Below are positions 1 to 13,636 of a DNA stretch of 64,000 bases, in pieces. A model generated the notes under the pieces. It was not told the DNA's origin and did not search any database. It worked only from the letters and a program-made list of their open reading frames with translations. Source of the DNA: Macrostomum lignano (taxonomy: Eukaryota); NCBI GenBank assembly GCA_002269645.1, contig NIVC01000708.1:62001-126000 (forward strand). The letters are read 5' to 3'. Numbering within the stretch: the stretch's first letter is position 1; the number at the start of each line of letters is the position of its first letter. The position numbers and the translations under genes were made by a program.

Positions 1-363
1 GCAACAAATAGCTCCTATTAGATACTTTTCTCTAATGAGAAATGTAAGATCTGTACTATTCTTTTTGTAATTAGGAATAGTGGGTTGACTCAATTTTATT
101 TTTATTTTTTTGCGTTTCTATGATCACCCCGTATAAAAAGTCCATTCCATGTGAAACTGATGACTGCAACTAGGTTTGATGAATGACAGCTGTACGTGTA
201 AGATTAGAATAACTTGGACGGCCGACTATTTACTTTGGTCGATTTATGACATGGTTTTATGCATCGTAAAATACGCATGCATGGCAAAAGTTCAACAAAA
301 AACAATTCTTTACTGGAATTGTACTGTTGATTATCTTCAGTTCAGTGTCAGCTTAATAATTAT

Positions 364-798
364 TATAGTATTTGTCATGCTGTCTCAGCCTGGAGACGTC
401 CAAACTCAGCCAGCCCATCTCAACAGTGCGATTTTTTACGTAAGCCAGTCGAGTTTTGCCATGGACATGCTTCTTAAGGCTATCTCAGCTATCTCAGCTA
501 TCTCAGCCTGGGACATGCAATCTCAGCCACTTTTCAGATTCTTACTGACTTTTCTTGCTGCGTTCATTCATTGCTGTTTGTTGCCATTTCATGTCACGTT
601 ACAGAAATGATAGCATTGAGATCTGTTTGCAATTGAAATCTATATTGGCTGAGATTGCATGTCCCAGGCTGAGATAGCATGGCCTTAAGAAGCATGTCTA
701 TGGTAAAACTCGACTAGCTCGAGCCAAAAAACGCATTGCGGAATGGGGCTGGCTGAGTTTGGATGTCCCTGGGCTGAGATAGCATGACAAAAGCTATA
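364..798. mobile_element. Foldback/MITE-like inverted repeat
   Basis: Arms ~364-529 and ~646-798 are imperfect reverse complements (e.g. gtcatgctgtctcagcc / ggctgagatagcatgac; gggacatgcaatctcagcc / ggctgagattgcatgtccc) around a ~115 nt spacer. No clear TSD. Confidence 0.65.
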
Positions 799-2740
799 TT
801 ACATAGCCTTAACTCACGCGGCACAGAACTTAAGCAATGTCATTGCTGATTCAGTAACGTGTGAATTTGTGAAGGAACTACAAGCGTGCCAAAGTGCTGT
901 TGCTCATCGTAGCATCAGGGACGTAAGCAGGATTGGGGAGGGGCTTCATTTCATTTTGGTGGCCTGGGCTCTTGATATTTACTAGGATTTGCAATTGCCC
1001 GAAATTTTTTATTTTACATAGTAAGTACCAAAAACGTGCCCATTTCGTGCATCCGCAATAGTTATTTGTTATAAAATATTTTGAAGGCTTAACAATCGTT
1101 TGAAATTAATATTTTTTTCTGGATGCACTTTCTGTAATTACTATCATATGCATATATTAAAAATTCTAAACTGCAGAGTCAGACACTGGTATTACGTTGA
1201 TGTGCAACAGTGTCTGTCCGTCTTGTCAGAAACTGAAAAAAAAACACTAAGAAACCTATATGAATAGTATATAGAAGACTACTCGTAGTGCAAGGCATAC
1301 TAATTACTAACATGTGAAGTACAGCTAGTGATTGCTATATTTTAGAAAGCGAGCGTAACTTGAATGTTCATTTCTATTTGTAAAACACAGACAGGTCTTA
1401 ACTCGGCATAAATAATACAAAGAAGTTTAAAAGTAGGCACATCATTGAACAATGAATCATCCATAACTTTGGGGTCCCCGGTGGAGCGTTGTTCCACTTG
1501 GCCGGGATTAGAAAGCCAACCTGTTGAACTCTTGAAGCAGCCGAAGCTGTATTACCATTGCCAATGGCATTTTTGTTTTTATCATTGCAGTGTCAGCACG
1601 AGTTAGTAGGGGATAACAGGTAGTTGTTGCTTAGTACTTAAACTTCTTAAAGTATAGAATGCCACACACGGGCTTCAGGTTGGGTCAGATGGGTCAGTCA
1701 GTGGGTCAGATTTCCATATGTTCGATTTTGTCTCCAATTTTGACACGTGGTTTTTAATGAAAATTTAGATTACTACCTTTGGAGTTCCTTAATCACTGAA
1801 AGGGTGGGTGTCATTCCGAAGTCACAACTTGCAATTCAACTTAGGCGTAGCCTTGAAACTGACAGTCACCCTTGGGTGGTCAAAGTCGGGTAGAGGAGTG
1901 GGGAAAGTGAAATGTGAAAACACCGTGGGGGTCTTTATCAATGCGCAGGTAGCCGCCCTAGGGGTTCGGAGTGCAACGCTGGGCTGGCATAAAGACCTGA
2001 CCCCATGGCATGTTGCGCAATGCTAGCCTGCGTGTATTGTGTGCGCAAATTAAGAATGGTCCTGGAGATCCGAAGCGAAGGATTATCAAGTTTGGCTCAC
2101 CACCTGGGGGTTGGGGTTGAGATCGCGGGCTATTGTTCTCTCTCGTCTTATCAGTTGGAGTTTCCACTGGCATTGATATTATTTTAGTCGCTAATACTTT
2201 TTGCCTATGGCGCAGCCGCAGGCAGATGGCTGTGTGGACGTGTGGTCCGAACTTGGTGGTGGGGTAGGTGAATGTGGGCTTTGCAGGACGTTTTCGCACC
2301 TTAATATAATGCCATTCTCTATAACCTTGGAACCTAGGCAAAGGTGTCTAGCTTTGAAATGTTGCGCAAAGCCAGGCACGTTGCGGCTTAAGGCTTGGTG
2401 TGGCATCGCGCATTCGCTTCCTCGGCATTGTTTAAGATTAAACGACTATTATCGTCATTGGTCGCTTGACCTTGGCTTGTGGAAATAGCATTGGGGAATG
2501 TTTATCTAAGTGTATTGGGCAATCTTTTTCTAATCTAGTATTGTCCTCGAAAGTTGCCAGAACAAGGATGCAATATTAGGCCTAATTTTTGCAATAACAA
2601 CTTATCCCTTCGGCTTGGCCTCTGATTGTATTGTACAGAGAGAGCTGCGGGATGTCACTATACTGTTGAACTGAAAGTATTCGTGTTTGATGATTTGTTC
2701 TATAATAAACTTTTGTGTTTATTCACGCAGCTCTAGGTTT

Positions 2741-3615
2741 CTGATCCCAATCCCTGTTTCCATCTCAATCCCTGTTTCCATCTCAATCCCTGTTTCCATC
2801 TCAATCCCTGTTTCCATCTCAATCCCTGTTTCTATCTCAATCCCTGTTTTCATATCAATTCCTGTTTTTATCTCAATTCCTGTCCTGATCCCAATCCCTG
2901 CCCAGATCCCAATCCCTGCCCAGATCCCAATCCATGTCCAGATCCCAATCCCTGCCCAGATCCCAATCCATGTCCAGATCCCAATCCCTGCCCTGATTCT
3001 AATCCCTGTCATAATCCGAATCCCTGTCTTGATCCCAATCCCTGTACTGATCCCAATCCCTGCCCTGATTCTAATCCCTGTCATAATCCCAATCCCTGTC
3101 TTGATCCCAATCCCTGTCCTGATCCCGATCCCTGTCCTGATCCCAATCCCTGCCCTGATCCCAATCCATGTCCAGATCCCAATCCCTGTCCTGATCCCAA
3201 TCCATGTCCTGATCCCAATCCCTGTCCAGATCTCAATCCCTGTCTTGATCCCAATCCCTGTCCTGATCCCGATCCCTGTCCTGATCCCAATCCCTGTCCA
3301 GATCCCAATCCCTGTCCTGATCCCAATCCATGTCCTGATCCCAATCCCTGTCCAGATCTCAATCCCTGTCTTGATCCCAATCCCTGTCCTGATCCCGATC
3401 CCTGTCCTGATCCCAATCCCTGTCCTGATCCCGATCCCTGCCCTGATACCAGTCCCTACCCTGATCCCAGTCCCCGCCCTGATCCCAATCCCTGCCCTGA
3501 TCCCGATCCCTGTCCTGATCCCAATCCATGTCCAGATCCCGATCCCTGTCCTGATCCCAATCCCTGTCCTGATCCCAATCCCTGTCCTGATCCCAATCCC
3601 TGTCCTGATCCCGAT
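2741..3615. repeat. Minisatellite, 18-nt unit GATCCCAATCCCTGTCCT
   Basis: Direct tandem repetition; explains the IP-rich and SG-rich ORFs. Confidence 0.95.
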
Positions 3616-3680
3616 CGTAATTCTAGAAGTTCATGTCACAGTAAATGACAGCAGTCTCGCTTCCGAACTGACCCAAGCAG

Positions 3681-4100
3681 AAACTTAACCGGCGCCAGAA
3701 GGCTTACGAATCTATTCGGGACAGTCTCGACTCGTCCGAGCGCGAGCGCCACGAGCGTGTGCTGACCCGGGACTACACGTCCTCGGACGAAGAGGACTCC
3801 ACCGGTCCGTCCGGCTCTCTGCGCGTCCGCCAACTCGCCTGGGAATCCGAGGAGCTGCGCCGGATGAAGCGCAGCCTGGACGAGGTCTACCGGACTCGGC
3901 TGGCCGACGACAGACAGCGCGCTGAGATGGACCGGCTGCGGCGAGACGGCGACGGCGACGGGCAACTCGGCGCTGATGAAGAAGGTGGTGTTGGCGGCAG
4001 CGGCATCTTCAGCGCCCGCGGACCGCCGAGCGACTGTCCGGACTGGGCGTCGAGACCCGTGGCGGGCGGAGGAGACGCCAGCTCATTGCTGACTGACTGA
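3681..4100 (+). CDS. Probable terminal coding exon of an uncharacterised protein (possibly C14orf93-like C-terminus)
   Basis: GC-rich open frame KLNRRQKAYE...DYTSSDEED...LAWESEELRRMKRSLD...SARGPPSDCPDWA* after a cag acceptor at 3678-3680, with an in-frame stop just upstream (3669-3671). Family resemblance is from memory; upstream exons not found. Confidence 0.45.
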   Translation, partial: KLNRRQKAYESIRDSLDSSERERHERVLTRDYTSSDEEDSTGPSGSLRVRQLAWESEELRRMKRSLDEVYRTRLADDRQRAEMDRLRRDGDGDGQLGADEEGGVGGSGIFSARGPPSDCPDWASRPVAGGGDASSLLTD

Positions 4101-4130
4101 GGCTTCGCCAGCCCGTGCTGATTAGCATCT

Positions 4131-5185
4131 CCATTATCCCAATGTGTTCCCCTTTCCCATTATCCCAATGTGTTCCCCTTTCCCATTATCCCAATGTGTT
4201 CCCCTTTCCCATTATCCCAATGTGTTCCCCTTTCCCATTATCCCAATGTGTTCCCCTTTCCCATTATCCCAATGTGTTCCCCTTTCCCATTATCCCAATG
4301 TGTTCCCCTTTCCTATTATCCCAATGTGTTCCCCTTTCCCATTATCCCAATGTGTTCCCCTTTCCCATTATCCCAATGTGTTCCCCTTTCCCATTATCCC
4401 AATCTGTTCTCCTTTCCCATTATCCCAATGTGTTCCCCTTTCCCATTATCCCAATGTGTTCCCCTTTCCCATTATCCCAATGTGTTCCCCTTTCCCATTA
4501 TCCCAATGTGTTCCCCTTTCCCATTATCCCAATCTGTTCTCCTTTCCCATTATCCCAATGTATTCCCCTTTCCCATTATCCCAATGTGTTCCCCTTTCCC
4601 ATTATCCCAATCTGTTCTCCTTTCCCATTATCCCAATGTATTCCCCTTTCCCACTATCCCAATGTATTCCCCTTCCCATTATCCCAATGTGTTCCCCTTT
4701 CCCATTATCGCAATCTGTTCCCCTTTCCCACTATTCCAATCTGTTCCCCTTTCCCACTATCCCAATCTGTTCCCCTTTCCCACTATCCCAATCTGTTCCC
4801 CTTTCCCATTATCCCAATTTGTTCCCTTTCCCACTATCCCAATGTGTTCCCCTTTCCCACTATCCCAATGTATTCCCCTTCCCATTATCCCAAATCTGTT
4901 CCCCTTTCCCATTATCGCAATCTGTTCCCCTTTCCCACTATTCCAATCTGTTCCCCTTTCCCACTATCCCAATCTGTTCCCCTTTCCCATTATCCCAATT
5001 TGTTCCCTTTCCCACTATCCCAATGTGTTCCCCTTTCCCATTATCCCAATTTGTTCCCTTTCCCACTATCCCAATGTGTTCCCCTTTCCCATTATCCCAA
5101 TGTGTTCCCTTTCCCACTATCCCAATGTGTTCCCCTTTCCCACTATCCCAATGTGTTCCCCTTTCCCACTATCCCAATGTATTCG
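4131..5185. repeat. Minisatellite, 26-nt unit CCCCTTTCCCATTATCCCAATGTGTT
   Basis: Direct tandem repetition; three G-runs per unit on the minus strand. Confidence 0.95.
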
Positions 5186-7819
5186 CCTTTGTCATTACCT
5201 ATCCCATTGTCTCACGAATACCACGATCCTCTCACTTCCCTTGTATCCCATCCATACCAGTCTATTATTAATCCTAACTAGGATTTCTCAAATTGCCGTT
5301 TATTGAATGTCACCGAATCTCTGCAATCCCTATTGTTAATAATCAGAAAGCACTGTCTGTCGCATGAGGCAATTTAAAATGCAACAATTCAATGTGTTTT
5401 TTATAGCATCGTCTGTCTGTTTCTTTTGGCATTTGAATTTTTTAAGCCTACGTCGTGCGTACGTCGTACATCGACAAGTTAATATTTGTACTTATGTATT
5501 CTTCATCAACTCAGTTTTGTCACCAGGAGCTGTACTTCCTTAAACTAAGCTGTTTGTATTTTAAATTTGTTTAACCGTGTTTAATTTTGTCAATATTAAT
5601 CGTAATTAATTAGTAATCATGGTTCATGCCTCCCACTGTTTGCGATGGAATCATTAAAATATAAACGTCCATCGACTGCATCCAGCGTGTTGTTATCAGC
5701 AATAGTCTCTTGCTTATGAATTTTATCAAAATATGAAGCGTTGGGATTTAATTCAATTCTTAATTAATCTCATCTATTACACGTTTTACTGCGATCCTAA
5801 GGCTAAGAGACCGCCATATATGGGATGGTAGATACTGCATAAATGACTGACTATATTCGCACATTCGAGTACCCCCAGTTGCCATGAACGTTTTCCAGCC
5901 AGATTTATATTTAGTATTTATGCACTATCTGATAGTGCTACATGTATATTGAATCATGTACATTGTACATCGACTGAAATAATGAATTAAGTGCATATGC
6001 ACTTTAATTAATGAGGTAACTCCGAGATACATGTCTTCCTTATAGAATCACCAGATTACATGTAAGTAGAATTTTCGAAATTTCTTGCCTGGTACAGCTA
6101 GATGTATATACATGTAGGTCAGCAAAGTAAGCTGCAAGGTTGACTTTGGCTCAAAAGCTGATCAGTGCATTATTTTTTCGATTTTACACTACGCAACTAA
6201 TCTCAAGCTTCACTGCTGCCATGTACATACCCCATTTTCTCTAAATTCTCTAATCCCGTACATGTTAACTCTCAAGAAACTATCTCGATGTTTTTGCTTG
6301 CGACAAATAGGTTTGTAGGAACGATCTACATTGATTCAAAAATCGAGGTGCAAAAAAGCGGGGCACAATCTTATAATTTTCAGGTACAACATCGACAAAA
6401 ACTCTTGCGAAAAAACTGTGGCAAAAATAAACAAGAGTGCTCCTAAAATACAAACTTAATTAAGTGAACAGAAAATCGTGAAATTTTTATTCCTGCATTT
6501 TTTCACGATCATCTCAATTTTTAGAATAATTCCTCGCCGGAAATGGTTCTTTTCTTCCTATCTTGAAATTCCAGGTTTAATCACAGTTACGGTATTTTTT
6601 TCGTTAATAGGCATGTTAAAACAAACGTTTATATTGGTTGTTGAATAAATAATCGTGCAAAAAAACAGTTAGGCTTACTAACAAGAAAATATAAAATTGT
6701 ACCTTAACTTAATAGCAGCTTTATTATCGTATTATTTTCAGAAAATTTTATGCGATATCAAAAAGCAACTTTTTTGTTTGCTAGCGTTTCTACGAATTTA
6801 GAATTTAAGATTGTTTTGCATTTTACTTGATAGTGATTACAAAAACTGTTAGCTATTCTGCTTTTACCTTTGAAACAAACTTAGTTTTAGGCTTTTAAAT
6901 CAAAAAGGAGTTGACAAAACTAAAAAAATCCTAGCCATTTAGGAGTGTCTTCCATAACCATTTGAGTTTTAAATTATAGTATACTGCCATTCAACATTGA
7001 TTCATGAATTCCAACCATTTAGTGACTATTAATAGCTTATATTTAATTTTCTATTTTACGCATCCACACAGGACTCAAGATATTTTTATCAGGAAGTTTC
7101 ATAGATTTGTATTGTGTAGGCTTTTTTTTATACATTTGCTGTTTTTTTCTAAATGCTTCACCTTACCTTCATTCATACATGCACGCGTACATGTATGGCC
7201 AATTGGGCATAGCTCTGTGTTTTATTGAATGCTTTTATTGACTTTATTTAAACAAATTCAAACTTATTTGTTAACTATTTTTAATTTTAATTTTATTTGA
7301 ATTTTAAGATTTTTTAAAAAATGTTCCTCTAATTAGTTGTAGGTTCAAACTGAGCCTTTCAGTATAAAATGAGTTTGCCAAATTTAATCTATTATTGGAG
7401 TTTGTAGCATAGTAGTTCAATTTTAATTTCCTAATTAAACATAGAACTATAAAAAGGTTGAAGAAAGTAACTATAGTAACTTAATTTACTTTCATGCATC
7501 AGCAATGGTTAATGTTGGCTTTGCAAATTATTAAATACTATTATGTTTAATAATTGATAGAAATTTTAGGTTTTAATTAAGCTGGCTATTACAGCAATCA
7601 TAATGTGCATTATGTCTGCTAATCTTAAAACCATTCAATTTTCTCCATTCTGTATTTTTAATTAAAGTCCCTTTATTAATAATGAAAATTTGATTTTATG
7701 ACCACAAAATGATAAAGTTTTATACCCATCCATGAATACAACACATTAAATAGATGCACCAAATACCCACTGGTCCACTTCTGCTTTTTTACTGTTAAGC
7801 TGAACACCCACTAATAGTC

Positions 7820-8970
7820 ATGGGAAACACGTTGCCGGCGGACATGTGCTCCACATTCGACATGGAGGAGCTGAAGCGGCTGGGCAAGCGATTCAAGAAG
7901 CTGGATATCGATGGGTCTGGAAGCCTCTCGGTGGACGAGTTCATGTCTCTGCCTGAGCTGCAGCAGAACCCGCTGGTCCAGCGTGTCATCGACATCTTCG
8001 ACACAGACCAGAATGGCGAGGTGGACTTCAAAGAGTTCATTGACGGCGTTTCCCAGTTCTCTGTGAAGGGCGACAAGGAGGCCAAACTGCGTTTCGCGTT
8101 TAAGATCTACGATATTGACAAGGACGGCTTCATCAGCAATGGCGAGCTGTTCCAGGTATGTTCGGGGCCTGATGATGAGTGAACTGCTATTCTCACGCAC
8201 TGTTCACGCAGAGTGAACTGATATTCTCACGCACTGTTCACGCAGAGTGAACTGCTATTCTCACGCACTGTTCACGCAGAGTGAACTGCTATTCTCACAC
8301 ACTGTTCACACAGAGTGAACTGCTTTTCTAGCACACTGTTCACACAGAGTGAACTGCTATTCTCACACACTGTTCACACAGAGTGAACTGCTATTCTCAC
8401 ACACTGTTCACACAGAGTGAACTGCTTTTCTCACACACTGTTCACACAGAGTGAACTGCTATTCTCACACACTGTTCACACAGAGTGAACTGCTTTTCTA
8501 GCACACTGTTCACACAGAGTGAACTGCTATTCTCACACACTGTTCACACAGAGTGAACTGCTTTTCTCGCACACTGTTTACTTAGAGTGAACTGCTATTT
8601 TCACACACTGTTCACACAGAGTGAACTGCTTTTCTAGCACACTGTTCACACAGAGTGAACTGCTATTCTTACACACTGTTCACACAGAGTGAACTGCTAT
8701 TCTCACACACTGTTCACACAGAGTGAACTGCTTTTCTAGCACACTGTTCACACAGAGTGAACTGCTGTTCTCACGAGCCACCCACTCATTCACCGCCAGG
8801 TGCTGAAAATGATGGTCGGCAACAATCTGAAGGACACTCAGCTGCAGCAGATTGTTGACAAAACCATCATCTTTGCTGACAAAGACGGTGACGGCAGAAT
8901 CTCCTATGAGGAGTTCTGCGACTTGGTCGGCGGTCTGGACGTTCACAAAAAGATGGTGGTAGATGTCTGA
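7820..8970 (+). CDS. PPP3R1: Calcineurin subunit B (EF-hand regulatory subunit), 168 aa
   Basis: join(7820..8155,8800..8970), GT-AG phase-0 intron. MGN myristoylation start; [27 protein letters not shown]|[30 protein letters not shown] match calcineurin B. Confidence 0.97.
8178..8775. repeat. Intronic minisatellite, 34-nt unit GAGTGAACTGCTATTCTCACACACTGTTCACACA
   Basis: Fills most of the calcineurin B intron. Confidence 0.95.
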
Positions 8971-9624
8971 TCCTGTGCTCTGTTAGCCTCTAAATTATCT
9001 AATTATCTTCTATCCTTCTATTTTTAGCAACTCTGGTCCGATTTGCCTACTGCTGAAGTGTTAGTAGTATGGTATTGTTATCAAAGCATTGTCTATATAT
9101 ATATATAGACACATAAATTTCCTTACGCTCAGTCTAACCAATATTCGTGTTGTATCGCTGTTTACTACAACGCTCTCCTAATGTACCCGTCTGTCTTTTC
9201 CTCGCTATTCCGAATATTGTGCGCTTCTATAGCTTTTGAATAAATTTTCTTTACACTTTTTACTGGAATGCGCTATCAAAGCTACTTATGTTAGTAGCGA
9301 AAGTCCCCGAGGCACTCCGTCGTTTGACTCTGCGCAGGTTTCCGACTACAATATTTTTGGGTTGTTTATATTCACAGCAATGATGCATGCGAATCTCTAC
9401 TCATTTGGTTTAGTCACAAAGTCAGACATTTTTCACAATCTTGCAGTGCTATGCAACCTTTGAACTTTGAACCTTTGCTTGCTATCTAAATTTTCTTGAT
9501 CACTTTTGTGACTCAAATTTCCAGCTGCAACATAAATTTTACCTCACCTCTAATTACGCGTAATCTACTATAAACTTTATGCTCTCCTTATTCAATCCAC
9601 TGGGACTAACCATGGGTGCGTACT

Positions 9625-9910
9625 TTCCTGACCAATTGCCAGTCTTTACTGACCAATTATCAGTCTTTACTGACCAATTACCAGTCTTTACTGACCAATT
9701 ATCAGTCCTTACTGACCAATTATCAGTCCTTACTGACCAATTATCAGTCCTTACTGACCAATTATCAGTCCTTACTGACCAATTACCAGTACTTACTGAC
9801 CAATTATCAGTCCTTACTGACCAATTACCAGTCTTTACTGACCAATTATCAGTCTTTACTGACCAATTATCAGTCCTTCCTGACCAATTGTCAGTACTTT
9901 CTGACCATTT
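9625..9910. repeat. Minisatellite, 21-nt unit CTGACCAATTATCAGTCCTTA
   Basis: Direct tandem repetition. Confidence 0.93.
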
Positions 9911-10333
9911 TTTTCAAGCCGAATCGTTTTAAACAAATTCCCCTAAATTTGTTTTACTCGTATTAATTGGATTCTCGGTCGCTTTTACTGTTGTTCCAAA
10001 CTTCATAGTTTTCCGGCTTTATGGCTAATAACGAAATTGGTTGCGCCGTGTTATAACAAACTCAGTACTATTTTAAACAGGAACATTTTTTATTGAAACT
10101 TAATATATTTAATTTACCTTTGTTGCCTTTCTCTACTGAATGACTATTCAATATGTTATTTTCGGTGTTGTCTCTGCACTACTGGGTCGCAATAAAACTC
10201 ACTGCAAGTGCTTTTGCCAGCTTAGCGGGACCTGAGCTTGGCACAGATCGATACGATAAGCGATGAAGCTGGAGTTCCCTGATTGTTCTCAATTTGATGA
10301 TGGGCAGGCTTGTTGAAATTTTCCCGGCGGTTG

Positions 10334-13300
10334 CATTGGGGAAGAGGGTAAAGCATTGGGGCAGAGGGTAAAGCATTGGGGAAGAGGGTAAAGCATTGGG
10401 GCAGAGGGTAAAGCATTGGGGCAGAGGGTAAAGCATTGGGGCAGAGGGTAAAGCATTGGGGCAGAGGGTAAAGCATTGGGGAAGAGGGTAAAGCATTGGG
10501 GCAGAGGGTAAAGCATTGGGGCAGAGGGTAAAGCATTGGGGAAGAGGGTAAAGCATTGGGGCAGAGGGTAAAGCATTGGGGAAGAGGGTAAAGCATTGGG
10601 GCAGAGGGTAAAGCATTGGGGCAGAGGATAAAGCATTGGGGAAGAGGGTAAAGCATTGGGGAAGAGGGTAAAGCATTGGGGCAGAGGGTAAAGCATTGGG
10701 GCAGAGGGTAAAGCATTGGGGAAGAGGGTAAAGCATTGGGGCAGAGGGTAAAGCATTGGGGAAGAGGGTAAAGCATTGGGGAAGAGGGTAAAGCATTGGG
10801 GCAGAGGGTAAAGCATTGGGCAGAGGGTAAAGCATTGGGGCAGAGGGTAAAGCATTGGGGCAGAGGGTAAAGCATTGGAGCAGAGGGTAAAGCATTGGGG
10901 CAGAGGGTAAAAAGCATTGGGGCAGAGGGTAAAGCATTGGGGCAGAGGGTAAAGCATTGGGGAAGAGGGTAAAGCATTGGGGAAGAGGTTAAAAAGCATT
11001 GGGGCAGAGGGTAAAGCATTGGGGCAGAGGGTAAAGCATTGGGGCAGAGGGTAAAGCATTGGGGCAGAGGGTAAAGCATTGGAGCAGAGGGTAGAGCATT
11101 GGAGCAGAGGGTAGAGCATTGGAGCAGAGGGTAAAAAGCATTGGGGCAGAGGGTAAAAAGTATTGGGGCAGAGGGTAGAGCATTGGAGCAGAGGGTAAAA
11201 AGCATTGGGGCAGAGGGTAAAGCATTGGAGCAGAGGGTAGAGCATTGGGGCAGAGGGTAAAGCATTGGAGCAGAGGGTAAAGCATTGGGGCAGAGGGTAG
11301 AGCATTGGAGCAGAATGTAAAGCATTGGAGCAGAGGGTAAAAAGCATTGGGGCAGAGGGTAAAGCATTGGAGCAGAGGGTAAAGCATTGGAGCAGAGGGT
11401 AAAGCATTGGGGCAGAGGGTAAAGCATTGGGGCAGAGGGTAAAGCACTGGGGCAGAGGGTAAAGCATTGGGGCAGAGGGTAAAGCATTGGGGCAGAGGGT
11501 AAAAAGCATTGGGGCAGAGGGTAAAGCATTGGGGCAGAGGGTAAAAAGCATTGGGGCAGAGGGTAAAGCATTGGGGCAGAGGGTAAAGCATTGGGGCAGA
11601 GGGTAAAGCATTGGAGCAGAGGGTAAAGCATTGGGGCAGAGGGTAAAGCATTGGAGCAGAGGGTAGAGCATTGGGGCAGAGGGTAAAGCATTGGAGCAGA
11701 GGGTAAAGCATTGGGGCAGAGGGTAGAGCATTGGAGCAGAATGTAAAGCATTGGAGCAGAGGGTAAAAAGCATTGGGGCAGAGGGTAGAGCATTGGGGCA
11801 GAGGGTAAAGCATTGGAGCAGAGGGTAAAGCATTGGGGCAGAGGGTAAAGCATTGGGGAAGAGGGTAAAGCATTGGGGAAGAGGGTAAAGCATTGGGGCA
11901 GAGGGTAAAGCATTGGGGCAGAGGGTAAAGCATTGGGGCAGAGGGTAAAGCATTGGGGCAGAGGGTAAAGCATTGGAGCAGAGGGTAAAGCATTGGGGCA
12001 GAGGGTAAAAAGCATTGGGGCAGAGGGTAAAGCATTGGGGCAGAGGGTAAAGCATTGGGGAAGAGGGTAAAGCATTGGGGAAGAGGTTAAAAAGCATTGG
12101 GGCAGAGGGTAAAGCATTGGGGCAGAGGGTAAAGCATTGGGGCAGAGGGTAAAGCATTGGGGAAGAGGGTAAAGCATTGGGGCAGAGGGTAAAGCATTGG
12201 GGCAGAGGGTAAAGCATTGGGGCAGAGGGTAAAGCATTGGGGCAGAGGGTAAAGCATTGGGGAAGAGGGTAAAGCATTGGGGCAGAGGGTAAAGCATTGG
12301 GGCAGAGGGTAAAGCATTGGGGAAGAGGGTAAAGCATTGGGGCAGAGGGTAAAGCATTGGGGAAGAGGGTAAAGCATTGGGGCAGAGGGTAAAGCATTGG
12401 GGCAGAGGATAAAGCATTGGGGAAGAGGGTAAAGCATTGGGGCAGAGGGTAAAGCATTGGGGCAGAGGGTAAAGCATTGGGGCAGAGGGTAAAGCATTGG
12501 AGCAGAGGGTAAAGCATTGGGGCAGAGGGTAAAGCATTGGGGCAGAGGGTAAAGCATTGGGGAAGAGGGTAAAGCATTGGGGCAGCAGAGGATAAAGCAT
12601 TGGGGCAGAGGGTAAAGCATTGGGGCAGAGGGTAAAGCATTGGGGAAGAGGGTAAAGCATTGGGGAAGAGGGTAAAGCATTGGGGCAGAGGGTAAAGCAT
12701 TGGGGAAGAGGGTAAAGCATTGGGGCAGAGGGTAAAGCATTGGGGAAGAGGGTAAAGCATTGGGGAAGAGGGTAAAAAGCATTGGGGCAGAGGGTAAAGC
12801 ATTGGGGCAGAGGGTAAAGCATTGGGGCAGAGGGTAAAGCATTGGGGCAGAGGGTAAAGCATTGGGGCAGAGGGTAAAGCATTGGGGCAGAGGGTAAAAA
12901 GCATTGGGGCAGAGGGTAAAGCATTGGGGCAGAGGGTAAAGCATTGGGGAAGAGGGTAAAGCATTGGGGAAGAGGGTAAAAAGCATTGGGGCAGAGGGTA
13001 AAGCATTGGGGCAGAGGGTAAAGCATTGGGGCAGAGGGTAAAGCATTGGGGCAGAGGGTAAAGCATTGGAGCAGAGGGTAGAGCATTGGAGCAGAGGGTA
13101 GAGCATTGGGGCAGAGGGTAAAAAGCATTGGGGCAGAGGGTAAAAAGTATTGGGGCAGAGGGTAGAGCATTGGAGCAGAGGGTAAAAAGCATTGGGGCAG
13201 AGGGTAAAGCATTGGAGCAGAGGGTAAAGCATTGAGGCAGAGGGTAAAGCATTGGAGCAGAGGGTAAAGCATTGGGGCAGAGGGTAGAGCATTGGAGCAG

Positions 13301-13636
13301 AATGTAAAGCATTGGAGCAGAGGGTAAAAAGCATTGGGGCAGAGGGTAAAGCATTGGAGCAGAGGGTAAAGCATTGGGGCAGAGGGTAAAGCATTGGAGC
13401 AGAGGGTAAAGCATTGGGGCAGAGGGTAAAGCATTGGGGCAGAGGGTAAAGCATTGGGGCAGAGGGTAAAGCATTGGGGCAGAGGGTAAAGCATTGGGGC
13501 AGAGGGTAAAGCATTGGAGCAGAGGGTAAAGCATTGGAGCAGAGGGTAAAGCATTGGAGCAGAGGGTAAAGCATTGGGGCAGAGGGTAAAGCATTGGGGC
13601 AGAGGGTAAAGCATTGGAGCAGAGGGTAAAGCATTT
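10334..13636. repeat. 3.3-kb minisatellite, 20-nt unit GCATTGGGGCAGAGGGTAAA (22-nt variants)
   Basis: About 160 copies; source of the >1000-aa artefact ORFs. Confidence 0.97.

Noticed and set aside
1590-2560. Short ORFs in moderately GC-rich sequence
   Set aside because: No recognisable domain or consistent splice structure; possibly a decayed element.
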